Origin: Tubiluchus corallicola
Taxonomy: Eukaryota > Animalia > Priapulida
NCBI GenBank assembly: GCA_030141605.1
Contig: JAQGDQ010000960.1
Span: 1-64,000 of the forward strand
Length of the DNA stretch: 64,000 bases
Direction of reading: 5' to 3'
In this document: piece after piece, positions 12,215-26,679 of the stretch
Layout of the letters: each line of letters starts with the position of its first letter
Position numbering within the stretch: position 1 is the stretch's first letter
Notes under the pieces: model-generated
Seen by the model: the letters and a program-made list of their open reading frames with translations, nothing else
Told to the model about the DNA's origin: nothing
The model's database searches: none
Made by a program: the position numbers and the translations under genes

Positions 12215-13407
12215 CTGTAAAGTTATCAACCAAAACTTTGTTTTAGCACTTTGTGGTGTATTCATTTATAACAAACTACAGGAGCAAAGGTTTTTGAAAA
12301 TCACATGAAAAATCATAATCCATAACTGCTTTGAAGTTCCTGGAAACATGTCGTTTAGAAATTGTGTAATGTAATGTAACGTAATGTAATTTATTGTCCA
12401 TTTCAGCAAAATTACATTATCGCATTGTAACTGTTATACATCAAATCAAATGTAATTACAATAATTGTAAAAGAACTATATTAATGTAGTTACTAAACTG
12501 CATAATAGTTTATCAACAGGAAATATATGCTGCTTGGTGGTCAAGAAGCTTGTAAAACTACCTTGAAAAGTGGAGAAAAAACTGGTTAATTAAAAAGAGA
12601 AAGAATTATAGATGAAATAGTTAAGGTAAAATAATGGGCAAAGAAAGAGAAAAAGAGGAGAGAAATGAAAAAAAGGAATACAGGAATTATCCACAACGAA
12701 GCAGGAAAAATTAAGAATATCATTCGCTACTCGCCTAATTTCTTTTCTTAAAAAATTCCTGATATTATATGTTATCATATGCGTTATTATATGTGCAAGC
12801 TACGCTTTATATGAGTGGAATCATATATCTATAAATTGTTTGTGATAAAATGCCTAAGCTTTCTTACAATAGATGAAGAATAATGATAACCTTCGAAGAA
12901 ATACAGGCTGGCACACAGTTGATTAAAGAATTATTTCAAATCCAAATGACAATTAAAACGAAGTTTAGCAACAATTATGAAGAAAATCTGAAGGTAATTG
13001 CGAAGACACTAGAATACAGATAGAATTCAAGTAAAATACAGGTGAGCTTTATTTATATAAATCATTAATAACATTATTCATTGCTCTCTCAGTTTAAGTC
13101 ACATGCTTACTCAGTGATCTCTGAAAGCCAACTGCACAGGTAAGTTTTTTCCATGGAGCAAGGAAGCCAGCAATTCAATGAAGGTAAATGTTATGCATAC
13201 TAGGATGAAAGTTTAGACTGTATATAAAGAAATAGATTTATTTTGTAGCTGAAATTTCTTGTGTGGGATTTTTAATGTTTTAACAAGAGAATGTAATAAT
13301 ATGACTAATGATCATAATTAAGAACTAATAAAAAATAAGATAAAGAAATCTTGAGCTTCGCGACAACAGTATGATCAAAAACGCAAATACAATCATTAAA
13401 ATCTCAC

Positions 13408-13462
13408 CTGAATTAAGAACAGCCATGCCGCCTAAGTAATCGTCTTGTGCAGGACTGTCCAT
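13408..13462 (-). CDS. DLC1: RhoGAP putative first coding exon (MDSPAQDDYLGGMAVLNS)
   Basis: ATG at 13462 with an in-frame TAG 4 codons upstream. Strong donor CAG|GTGAGA. 55 nt, phase 1, joins the next exon in frame. No homology support. Confidence 0.6.
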
Positions 13463-13770
13463 TCTACTTTTCTAACATCAGCTATCTTTCTTCCTCAAGT
13501 ATTCTCAAGTTTATCTTCTGATCTTTGCTTTAGCTTCGTATGCTTTAACGATTTGTGATTAAATCTGATTCGAGCTTCGTACAGGTGTGTTTATATACTG
13601 ATCGACATGTGACATGCGCAGACTGGACGTGAAAATGTTTACTAGAAGATGCTTTTTACTCGTGAATAATCCACGTGATTACGGACAGCGATTATTGTGA
13701 ATTATCTGCGCAGCTGATGAAATCATAAACTGTTTTTATTAATGAACCCACGCCGTTAAATCTTGCATGC
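13463..13770 (-). promoter_or_regulatory. Probable RhoGAP 5' UTR or promoter
   Basis: CpG-enriched unique stretch with a CACGTG E-box near 13672, upstream of the candidate ATG. Confidence 0.3.
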
Positions 13771-13819
13771 AAATATTTAATATTTTATACGTTGAAAATT
13801 ACCAAATGGAAGCGTTGAC

Positions 13820-14132
13820 CACGATGATTCGTTCATGAAGATGACGGTGATGATGCTGATGATGAAGATGACGGTGATGATGTTGAGAATGACTGATAGC
13901 GCTATGTTGCCCAAGGTGGCTCATCAAAGTAAATATGATGATGACGACGAGACGACGACGATGATGATGATGATGGTAGTGGTAATGGTGGTGATGATGA
14001 TGACGATGAATATGATGATAATGATGGTGACGAGGTGGGGATCTCCAGAACAATTGTAAAGACTGCGATGATGAATACAAAAGTCAGCACATGACAATAA
14101 CAATAATGACGAAGACAATAGTGGTTGTGACA

Positions 14133-14180
<48 letters not shown>

Positions 14181-14345
14181 ATGAGGATGATGACTATGTG
14201 GCGATGTCCAGAACAATGATAAAGATTGACAATGATGTGCACGAAGTCAGCACATGACATTGACAATACAGACGATGATCACAGTGACCACAATGACGAA
14301 GACAATAGTGGTGGTGGTGATGGCGGTGATGTTAATGGTGGAGCT
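13820..14345. repeat. Degenerate (GAT)n low-complexity region with an internal duplication
   Basis: Direct reading. Confidence 0.9.
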
Positions 14346-14788
14346 AACAGTGGCAGCAGCAATACTCCAGTGATAGTCGCAGAGGTGATGATAGTAGCAC
14401 TACATAATGACAGCTTAGTGGTGTCAGAAGCAAAGGAGGAGATGACAGAAGAAAAAGAAAATATATATTTTAGAAAAGTGTCAAACTGACATATATTGTA
14501 TGTCGCCTTTACAATTTTTAATTAGGTTAATGAATGGCAAAGATCACAGAAATCAAACGAAACGTTTTGGAAAAATTTGTTAGATTTTTTAATGGTTTCC
14601 TTGCATAACTTACGTTTTGCTTTTTTGTATGTGATTGCTTTATTTTAAAAATGCATTTTTATGTAAGATACATGGAAAATTAGTATCACTTAGCAAATTA
14701 TTGTGGCCTTTTAATTTAGTTTAATTTTTACTGTTTGTATAAACACAGTAATTGAGTTTTTTAACTGCAATATATTTGTTTTAATAAA

Positions 14789-16050
<1,262 letters not shown>

Positions 16051-16153
16051 TATTTATTGCACAATTTTATGCAGCCTTAACTCGAGATGAGTAGGATAAA
16101 TTGCCTTAAATTCGAGCTGATTGAAATTTTTCTAGTTGTAGCCAACGTAAACT

Positions 16154-16712
16154 TAGTATAGTATAGTATAGCATAGTATAGCATAATATAGTATAGTGTA
16201 GTGTAGTGTAGTGTAGTGTAGTGTAGTGTAGTGTAGTGTAGTGTAGTGTAGTGTAGTGTAGTGTAGTGTAGTGTAGTGTAGTGCAGTGCAGTGCAGTGCA
16301 GTGCAGTGCAGTGCAGTGCAGTGCAGTGCAGTGCAGTGCAGTGCAGTGCAGTGCAGTGTAGTGTAGTGTAGTGTAATGTAGTGTAGTGTAGTGTAGTGTA
16401 GTGTAGGGGGTGTGATGTGTTGTTGCATGGTGTAATGTAGTGTGGTGTGGTATGGTATGGTGTGGTGTGGCGTAGTGTAGTGTAGTGTAGTGTAGTGTAG
16501 TGTAGTGTAGTGTAGTGTAGTGTAGTGTAGTGTAGTGTAGTGTAGTGTAGTGTAGTGTAGTGTAGTGTAGTGTTGTGTTGTAGTGTAGTGTAGTGTAGTG
16601 TAGTGTAGTGTAGTGTAGGGTAGTGTATCGTGGCATAATATAGCTTACCTTAGCATAGCATGGTATAGCCTAGCATAGCATAGCACAGCATATCATAGCA
16701 TAGTATAGTATC
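16154..16712. repeat. Compound pentanucleotide array (AGTAT/AGTGT/AGTGC/AGCAT)
   Basis: Direct reading. Confidence 0.98.
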
Positions 16713-17379
16713 TATATTATATAGCAGCATTACTAATACCATAACTTTTATGCACGCAAAATTTTATCGTATTAGTACCTCTTTCTGAGGTGCCGAAAGT
16801 TTTAATATAATCATCGTAGAATGTATAGAATGTGTAATCTAAAGATGTAGAATACGAAGTACGGTCGAAAAAGAATTAAAAATTAAATGCAAGCATAGGT
16901 TTTTCGCTTTTTAGAACTTAAATCCAATTCATTTCTTTTCATTCATTCTGATGGTGTTGAAGCCACGCGCTGTTTGAAGCCACACATCTACATCCACTTA
17001 GCGAGACTTATCCAACCCACGCCAGCGGATGATCACGTATCTGTGACTGCTCTTACTAGCTAGAGAAGCTGCGTTCTTTCATTATCTTAGACTGTTGACT
17101 TGATTGTCTGACACAGGTGTGGGAGATTACAGATAAGTCTTATGCACAAAACCAAAATTTAAATCTCGGATAAACGGTGTAATCAGTTTAGCGGGCGCGG
17201 AAAATCCTGTGTGATTTGAAGAGATTGAAGAAATACATTGAAGAGATTGCCCTTGATATCTCATGGATACCTGCACATACACAATTATCAGCACGTAAAA
17301 ACATGAATGACTTCGTAGTAATATCAGAAATTATGAATGAACAAAAACACAACTGCCAACAATGTAATATCAGTGGAAA

Positions 17380-17780
17380 AAATTATGAATGACAGAAAAC
17401 AAAGAGTTAAATTATCTACAAATACCGTCTCAGAATGGCTAATATTACAGCAGGGCATATCACAAGGGGTCCCTTACTTTTCTGTCTTTATATTAACAAT
17501 ATATGCAAAACACTAACACATTGTAATATAACACAGTATGCTGACTACACAACTATATATTTAGGCCACAAAAACCTAGCAACAGCTCAACGACTTTTAG
17601 AACAGGACATCGCAAACATTAACATAGCATTTACCCTTTTAAAACTCAAATTAAATAGCACCAAAACAGATTTCATGGTCCTTTCCCCGTTCTCAAATGA
17701 CAATATAAGTAATCCTTCAATAAAAGTTGAAAATAGCATAATAAAACAGAAAAGCAATGTGTAGATAACAAACTTTCTTT
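17380..17780 (+). mobile_element. LINE reverse transcriptase fragment
   Basis: GPLLFCLYINN...QYADYTTIY...LKLNSTKT resembles CR1/L2 RT motifs (YADDT). Confidence 0.75.
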
Positions 17781-17799
17781 AATATAACCACTTTAATGA

Positions 17800-19895
17800 A
17801 ATTTACGATAAAATGGCATGCGGAACGTCTTACTTACTGCACGTAAGTGGCGGCGCTGTAGTCGTACATGGCGGTTGTGTTTTTTAAAATTACCGCAAAA
17901 ATCAACAAAATTGTTAAAATTAAGTGGAATAGCATATAATCCACTCAGAATTTACTTTGCAAAGACTAAAGCCAAATCGAGTAGGAGTATCAACACGCCA
18001 CGCAAGCAAAACGTCTGTAGATTTATGCTTAGATCGGGTCGAGAAGAATCCGAGAGTGATTAGTCATCAAACTGAACAGCTGATGCCTACATAACAAGGC
18101 GACAGGAAAATGAGCGCTTGTAATACACCTTGCATTCAGCCTCTACTTTAGCTGGACAAGTGCAGCCTACTTCAGACATTCAAAAGTTTGTAGAAAGATT
18201 CCAGAAGCAACTGACGTTCACTAGTAGCAAAGTTGTGAGGATTGATGACCTTATGGGAGAAGGTGCTGAGGTAACCAAATCGCAAGATTTTCTAAGCTGC
18301 AAATTTGATGGTTTTCAAGAACAACTGAACAAATATCAACAAGAAACAAATATCAGCATTTGAGAGACGAAAACAAGGTACTTAAAGCCACTGTTAAAAC
18401 ATTACAAAACAGACTAAAAACTACTGAAAGTGAACTAGACAAACTATAACAATATGAGCGTAGAGACACATTGGAGATAGCTGTAATTCCTCATGAAGTT
18501 ACAAATGACATAGTGGTAAGTGTAGCCAGAAATATGGGAGGGGATTGCACCCGCAAGATATTAGTACATCACATAGACTGGCAGCACCTAAAAATGGAGG
18601 GCCTCCACGAATTATTGTAAATTTCACAAGATGTGACAAACGGGATGAACTTTATGGTAATAGAAGAAATGCCGGAAGCACTAAAAATCTTGACTATGCA
18701 TCGTATACTGATAACCGGATCTACATAAACGAATCCTTGACTCCAACAAGGAGAAAACTACACAAACAATGTAGGGACTATGCTAAAGACCACAAAATGC
18801 AGTACTGCTGGACAAAATCCGGAAAGATGTTCTTACGGAGCGATGATTCAAGCCAAGCCATTGAAATTCAATGTGAGGAGGACCTAGGTAAACTTTAAAA
18901 CTCAGTACACGGTGTTAATGCATCACAAACTTTACTTTCTAGCATAATTAATTAATGGGAAAATTTACATGTGTATCTTGTTGTAAACCCTGTAAAAAAT
19001 AAATATGTATCTGTTGTGACGTCTGTAACATGTGGGTACACCTCAAGTGCACCATGTTGAATGTGAATGAATTTAATCACTATGCTCTGTATTCTGATAA
19101 TTACTTTTGTTTAAAATGTATAAATGAATCTTTGCCGTTTCAGTGTATTGATGATGGTGAATTATGCGAATTGTTTTCAAATCTAACAAATGTATACTGT
19201 CTGTCTTCTTTAATTGATTTTCCTTCACTCGCAAAACCAAAATGGGATGATGCTGATCTTGATGCACATCTTACCTGGTTTCATAGTAAATACCATAGTT
19301 TGCATGCACCAGAGACAAATTCTAATTTAAAAAAGTCCATTAATGATTTATTAATAGTACATTTTAATCTCAATAGTATTCAGACGAGATTTTCTAATAT
19401 GCTAGATGTACTCATGCACTTTACTGTTCCTCCGGATAGTATTGGAATATCGGAAACAAGATTGAACGAACAATCAATCTTTTATAACGAGTTTACCTAA
19501 CTATACTTTCTTGCATGTTGATTCTAAAACTTGCGCAGGTGGCGTAGCCATATATCTTAAATCGGGTTGAGGCATATAATAAAAGATGAGTACAAAATTA
19601 ATTGTAATACAGAAATAGTAACTACAAGTAAGAATGGTAATAGCATTACTCAAAAATCACATATGCAAGTTGAGGAATTGTGATGCTTGATGTTGAAGTA
19701 CCTGGTAAAAAGAAACCAATCACATTTGGTGTGATCTATCGACACCCAAATACTAATGTCCATCGTTTTCACAGCGAGATGGACTCTATACTATCAGCCA
19801 TTAACAAGTCTGGAAAGACTTGTTATATCTGTGGCAATATTAATCTTAATCTTATGCAAATAGAAGAGAAAACATTTATTGCAGATTATTGTAAC
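17800..19895 (+). mobile_element. Decayed CR1/L2-group (Crack/Daphne-like) LINE, 5' part: ORF1 plus PHD-APE start of ORF2
   Basis: ORF1 motifs PPRIIVNF...IYINESLT...YCWTKSGKMFLR. ORF2 from ATG 18955 has a C4HC3 PHD pattern then APE motifs (HFNLNSI, IGISETRL, GGVAIY, GVIYRHP, ICGNIN). Stops and frameshifts present. Confidence 0.88.
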
Positions 19896-19927
19896 TTTAT
19901 CCTTAACACGCAACATTGTCATTGGCT

Positions 19928-20352
19928 NNNNNNNNNNNNNNNNNNNNNNNNNNNNNNNNNNNNNNNNNNNNNNNNNNNNNNNNNNNNNNNNNNNNNNNNN
20001 NNNNNNNNNNNNNNNNNNNNNNNNNNNNNNNNNNNNNNNNNNNNNNNNNNNNNNNNNNNNNNNNNNNNNNNNNNNNNNNNNNNNNNNNNNNNNNNNNNNN
20101 NNNNNNNNNNNNNNNNNNNNNNNNNNNNNNNNNNNNNNNNNNNNNNNNNNNNNNNNNNNNNNNNNNNNNNNNNNNNNNNNNNNNNNNNNNNNNNNNNNNN
20201 NNNNNNNNNNNNNNNNNNNNNNNNNNNNNNNNNNNNNNNNNNNNNNNNNNNNNNNNNNNNNNNNNNNNNNNNNNNNNNNNNNNNNNNNNNNNNNNNNNNN
20301 NNNNNNNNNNNNNNNNNNNNNNNNNNNNNNNNNNNNNNNNNNNNNNNNNNNN
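19928..20352. other. Assembly gap (425 N)
   Basis: Run of N. Confidence 1.
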
Positions 20353-20519
20353 AATTTGTCCTTGATATGTATATATAAATTATGAATGAACAAATATAAA
20401 CCTGCCTGCTACTTTAACGTAAAATAGCTTTGTGGAGTTTGCGAGAAAGAAAAAAAATCTATTTACAGTCGCTCATTTAACAGACAACATTATCACTAAC
20501 GGCTATTTAGCGACTTACA

Positions 20520-21385
20520 CTTAACAGTATAGGTAAGGACTTAGCAATGCAGGTAAGACTTAGCAATATAGGTAAGAACTTAACAATATAGGTAAGGACT
20601 TAACAGTATAGGTAAGGACTTAACAGTATAGGTAAGGACTTAGCAATATAGGTAAGGACTTAGCAATATAGGTAAGAATGTAACAATATAGGTAAGGACT
20701 TAACAGTATAGGTAAGCACTTAACAGTATAGGTAAGGACTTAGCAATATAGGTAACGACTTAACAATATAGGTAAGCACTTAACAGTATAGGTAAGCACT
20801 TAACAGTATAGTTAAGCACTTAACGGTATAGGTAACGACTTAACAATATAGGTAAGGACTTAACAATATAGGTAAGAACTTAACAGTATAGGTAAGCACT
20901 TAACAGTATAGGTAAGGACTTAACAGTATAGGTAACGACTTAACAATATAGGTAAGGACTTAACAGTATAGGTAAGGACTTAACAGTATAGGTAAGGACT
21001 TAGCAATATAGGTAAGAACAGCAATATAGGTAAGGACTTAGCAATATAGGTAAGGACTTAACAATATAGGCAAGGACTTAGCAATATAGGTAAGGACTTA
21101 ACAATATAGGTAAGAACTTAGAAATATAGGTAAGGACTTATCAACATAGGTAAGGACTTAACAGTATAGGTAACGACTTAGCAACATAGGTAAGGACTTA
21201 ACAGTATAGGTAACGACTTAACAATATAGGTAAGGACTTAACAGTATAGATAAGGACTTAACAGTATAGGTAAGGACTTAACAATATAGGTAAGGACTTA
21301 ACAGTATAGATAAGGACTTAACAGTATAGGTAAGGACTTAACAATATAGGTAATGACTTAACAACATAGGTAAGTTCTTACAATA
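20520..21385. repeat. 20-bp minisatellite, about 43 copies
   Basis: Unit taacagtataggtaaggact. Confidence 0.98.
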
Positions 21386-21860
21386 TGACAGATTTATAGA
21401 GTGCGTTAGCAGGTATAACTGATTCAGATCTGTGTGTTTGCGGTTTGGGCAGTCACACCCCAGAACATTTAATTTTTCATTGTCCGTTACCATTGGTTAG
21501 ACAAGATATAAGAGTAAATCGCGGACGCGGCTTAGAAAATAATGACGTTCGAAACATTTACAGAAAGAGAGACACTAATGTAATTAAAATGTACATAGAC
21601 ATTGTAAAAGAACTAGCCCAAAATGATCGTATACATTATACATTTACTTACATAGTAAATTGGTTATACATTGATTACAAATATTGAATATATATTTAGA
21701 ATAAGTAAATCGTAATACAAAATTGTCAGCTTATCTAGTAAGAATTTTATTTAATGTACATAGTGTAAAGACTTATTTAACATTTGGGTAATTTAGTGCC
21801 CTGCAAATAGAGGGCTTATTGTATAATTTTCAATAAAGATTTTTAATAATTAATAATCTG
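21385..21860 (+). mobile_element. LINE 3' end
   Basis: CVCG...TPEHLIFHCP motif, then a 3' UTR with AATAAA and a (TAA)n tail. Confidence 0.6.
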
Positions 21861-23587
21861 TCTAACACGTGTCTAGATGTGATCTAGTCTTGGCAATGAG
21901 CCAAATCACAACAATCACGTGTTCCAGCGTGAGGTCATAATACAAGAACACTGAAACACCAAAATAGCTAATCGCCAGCAAACCATTGTAAATAATCATT
22001 GTTTACCAACATCCGGGTACTTATGTGGCTTTGTTAATTTCCTTGACTTGATGTCATCAATAGTATGATGACGTTGCTTCGGAACTTTCCAGAATCTAGG
22101 TTATGCAAAGAATCCGGAGCGCCACGGGTTTCTGCCGGTTATTCTCCGGTTTCTGCGGAGAAACGGAGATTAACAGCGACAAACGATGGTAACCTTCCGA
22201 GTGCGTAAATTATTTCCGACGCTGAGATCTGCGTCAAGGTTGTACGAGTTTCAACGACTTCCTTAAAACTACTTGTAAACGACTGCCCGCCTAAGTGCTT
22301 CGCAGGATAGCTACCTTTCGAGCCCGGAAATGATTTCCGCTGCAGAAATGTTCGTCAGGGTTCGCGAAGTTCCGATTGCTTTGCTGTTTCCATAATGGAC
22401 AAGAGTAAATGACAATAGTTGCTTCGAAGAAGAAGATATTTATTTTAAAGCTAATTATAGGTTCCGGTACAACCACCTGCAGGCAAAATAGCATTGGAAA
22501 TGCATTCTTAATAAAGTGACAGGTATTTAGTTAGTTGTACGTTATCACATATCCTGTATAGGTCAACAGGCTGAGAACAAATTCAATGTACTTAGTTTGT
22601 CTCTAGGGGAGTTTCCTAAATTTCCTTTAGTTTTTGCGTAGGATGTTAGGCGGCGCTGCTGTATTATTATTATGATGAATCTCCTCGTTATAATGATACT
22701 GTATGACCCGCACAGCTCTTGGATGCTTCTTTTCAAATCGCATTATTTCGGTTTAGAACTCGTTACCTTTAGATAAGTTGAAACTTTTATTTATTTATAG
22801 TGGCTTTACAAAACAGACTGGGTCTGATACAGGTATCACCACGGTGCAAGTGCTGAGTGCAAAGTCCTAATAAAAGAATAATGGACATCACAATTAATAT
22901 CAAACTCAATTTGATAAATTATTTGACTCAATTACGATCAACAGATGGTGATTAAACTTACATACACGAACAGCAAAACACAATATTTTAATAACGACAG
23001 TAATAACAAAAACACTTTTACAAAGTAATTTGGCTTGTTAATCATTTAGCAGTAAATTCTATTGTATTGTAAAACGAAAAGTTGATTTAATAAACTGCTG
23101 TAATAAACTATGGACAATAAAAGCAAGATGGATGACCAGTTTTGAATTTTTCTGTATAATGTAACAGGATTATGATTTTGTAAGGATTCACGGGTTTACA
23201 ATCTGGTGGTCGAGTATGTCGTTCTAGCTCTGTCATATTTTACGTATTCAAAAAAGTTACGCACTCGATTTATGTTGTGCGTATATGACGTCATGTAATG
23301 GCGCGGTCGGAACAGTATTGCGGGAAATTTAAAATGAAAACAAACAAAAAATCCTTTCAACGCGAGTACAATATACGCATGAAATTGCTGTAAAGTAATA
23401 TAAATTTCAAGGAGATTTTTCTGAAAACTACTTCAGGTACCCCTTTTCTTGTCCTTTAAGACTTTAGTTATAAATAGGATTATTCCAGGGGGATTTGGTA
23501 AACCGTGCTCTTCCATATCCAGGTACTAAAATTCGTTTCTTCCTCAAGTTACGAAACTGCATAATAAAAATGTTGTTAGATCGGGTC

Positions 23588-23858
23588 GGATCTAATCTAA
23601 TTCGATCTGATCTGATCTGATCTAACCTGACCTGACCTGACCTGACCTGACCTGACCTGACCTGACCTGACCTGATCTGATCTGATCTGATCTGATCTGA
23701 TCTGAGCTGAGCTGACCTGACCTGACCTGACCTGACCTGACCTGACCTGACCTGACCTGACCTGACCTGACCTGATCTGATCTGATCTAATCCAATCCAA
23801 TCCAATCCAATCCAATCCAATCCAATCCAATCTAATCTAATCAATTCCAATCCAATCC
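23588..23858. repeat. Compound pentanucleotide array (GATCT/GACCT/AATCC)
   Basis: Direct reading. Confidence 0.97.
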
Positions 23859-24186
23859 TAGCATCTGGCCTACATAGTAAATACATACTAATCACCAATA
23901 ATACGCGGACATTTCACGTTTTGTCTGGTAATCAGCACAGAGTATACAATCAGCGCAAAGGAAATTCTAGGAATAAACTACGCATGCTTATACTTACCAG
24001 ACACAGCCACAAATTTAAGTGTCTGTTAACAAGGTAGACGGTAGAAGTATTGTAATCATCCCTTTGATCCAGGGTCACATAATTGAAGCTCAGACTAAAT
24101 AATAAGGCGCATCATACACGTACGACATCTTGTTATTTATTCTATGGCTAGGGAATAAATATTTTAATATTACTAATCAACCTTAA

Positions 24187-24862
24187 AGCACATGAAAGCC
24201 TTCGACTTGCGCAAAGCCTAAAAATTCGTCTTGAAATTTTTTACCACTTACGTACTGCCTTTTTGCAAACCGGACTTGCGTTGGCAGTAACGCTGTATGA
24301 AACATGTAAATTCAAACTCTCGCGATGACCGTTAGACGCAGCCATTTTGACAATAACTTGAAACAAGTTTAGATAACATTGAGTAACTTTGAAAAAAGAA
24401 TCACAGCCTTTGTAGCGCACATGTCACTAACTAACTAACTACAGAAATTTAAAATTACTGTATCTTGTCAATAAGATTAAAAATACGGTTTTGGTTAGTG
24501 AGTGGTGCACCCTGGAGGGTGAGTCAACATTTTACCAATTGATGAAACATTTTAAGTAATCAAAAATTTTCTTTTCTAGTTACATAAGTCTTTCCAGCAG
24601 GTAAGCGAAATGCTAAGTAATATAGATTTGCATGCAAAGTTTTTTGTGACATAGTTTAACGTCTCCTTTTCTTTCCCTGATTTACGTTGTGAGTAGATGA
24701 CGTCATGTAATGGCGCAGTCAGAACAATATTGCGGGAGATTTAAAATGAAAACAAACAAAAAATCCTTTCAACGCGAGTAAGATATACGCATAAAATTGC
24801 TATAAAAAATAAATTTTTTAAGGCGATTTTCCTGAAACGTCAGGTGCCCCTTTTCTTGTCCT
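24187..24862 (-). mobile_element. MITE family B (Kolobok-like, TTAA TSD)
   Basis: TTAA|AGCACATGAAA ... TTTTCTTGTCCT|TTAA. Confidence 0.88.
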
Positions 24863-25564
24863 TTAACGTTAGTTTTATCAAAATTGTTATTCTTAATGTA
24901 ATATAGGCGCATCTACCCTAATCTAACCACCAGGAAGTTAAGAGATGGCCTACCACGCTGGCACAAAAAACACGTGCACAAAATTAAGACGGGAACCTAA
25001 ATGACTTTTGCAAAACTACTATCGTGCTACCACCTGTCGGTGAATCGTGCTACTACATTCGAGGTGTATAACGGAGCGTGCATCAAAAATTAGTCAAACA
25101 AACGTTTCTTCAGCACGATTATTGAGATTTCTACCCCTGGCAATAGAATAACTAACACGAGCTTTTGTATTTTCAGTACTAAGTATACTAAAGTTCTTCT
25201 TAAAGCGTTTAACGCTTGTGTGAGGCCTACAGAGGAGCATTGTTCCTCTATACGGAGCCCGTCATTGTTTGGGCATGTAGATATTGTTGAACATGTACAA
25301 AGATGTTTTACAAGGCGATCATACTATAGCTGTAACTCGGAATTTATGTACGAAATCTATTCGAGACAATGAAGAGAACGAATTATAACTTCATTAACAA
25401 TGACAATGTTGCGTGTTTCGGATAAAGTTAGAATAAGGAAGTAAATTAACATTAGGTAACCGATTACTGGAAACTGACAAACTGGTAGCAAGAACTACAT
25501 GAGAGTCCAGAGCATTCCAATTGTTTACAACTCTGTTAGCAAATGATAATTTTGACACGTTTAT

Positions 25565-25980
25565 AGGAAGACAGGTCGATTTTTCATATACTACCCCAAT
25601 TACGGTAACAAGTATATATTTTAACACAATTAATACTACAAAGGCGTTTCTGCTAATTAAATAATAGGTTAAAATCTCAATCTCACGCATGTGCTGTCGA
25701 ACGTGTGTAGTACGTCAGAAACAAACACATCTCAATTGAGAGGTACATCACTAGTTTTTTGTGCAATACGTTTCCGAATTGCAGGCCCTAGTGCCCGTCT
25801 AACTAGGAAATAGCGAAATGCATGTAACAGCGAAGAACAAGTGGCGCGAACGTGAAAATGTGCTTGTGTGATAATAATTCTTCCACGTAAGTCATTTTTG
25901 AAGAAATAGTACGTTTCCTTTCAATATTTTAAAGAGTTGATTGTTTTGACTTACAATTTAAGATTGGGCCCGGTTTTGCT
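25565..25980 (-). mobile_element. MITE family A, internally deleted copy (further partial copies at about 1215-1480, 4860-5121 and 41455-41703)
   Basis: Both family termini present; middle missing. Confidence 0.8.
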
Positions 25981-26679
25981 TTAATCTGGAAAAAGACGTC
26001 TCAAATCTTTGAAATTTAAACCCACCATTTTACGACAAATTTTGTATACCATCTTAAGATCACAGAGAAGACGTCTTAATGCGAGTGGCTGCAGTTTTAG
26101 TTTCTACAGTCTAAGTAAAGGAACATAATCAAACTTTATTGCGGTGGGGTGGCCGCAAGCTGTTTTTATCGAAAAGTAAAGCGACACTTGTCATGATTAC
26201 ATGAGAACAATAGGAAATTTTTGTTTGTGCAAATATAATTATTACATTTACTTATGCGCTTGCAATTTTCAATTTACCTTGTTCGTGATGCTCCGATCAG
26301 ACAGTGTTACAACATCTAAGCACGTACAGTGTCGTGATATTCGCTTAAACGGCAAGAAACTCGGTAATACGCTGTGCGTTTTTTTCTCATAAAAGCTGTT
26401 TAAACAATGCAATAAATTAGTAATAAAAATATCATTAAAAACGTTCGTTTATTATTTAAATAATACAGACCAGCTAGTGGGCAATCAGTAAGAATATGGA
26501 TTTCTGTTTGTATTGCACCACAGTCACACAATCTGTGCTCTTTAGGTTCTCGTCTCCACCGTCCTGTCTCTATTCGAAGGTTATGTGACTGCAGACGAAG
26601 CCTTGTAAAAGTAAAACGATGCCGTTCAAGAGTTCCGTAAGGAATTGTAGGAGTCTTTAATTCTGGGTTTAGCTATCTA

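Larger units (their letters stand above)
2029..13462 (-). other. DLC1: DLC1/STARD13/STARD8 (crossveinless-c)-like RhoGAP gene span; 3' part (rest of GAP domain, expected START domain) lies left of the window
   Basis: Six exons with GT-AG boundaries join in frame (intron phases 1,2,1,1,1,0). Spliced protein contains QLMVLRKFALLRL...WNWMLPKFIKK...PDYKDKKVFGVPL...VGLFRKPG...DIADMVKLYFRELP...LLPDENREVLQTLL...NQ, which matches the DLC family as I recall it. Confidence 0.92.

Noticed and set aside
19680-20393. ORFs spanning X runs
   Set aside because: Artefacts of the N gap; only the LINE endonuclease part before the gap is meaningful.
22290-22375. Hammerhead-ribozyme-like CTGACGA...GAAA on the minus strand
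   Set aside because: Stems I and II do not close next to the core and the cleavage triplet would end in G.
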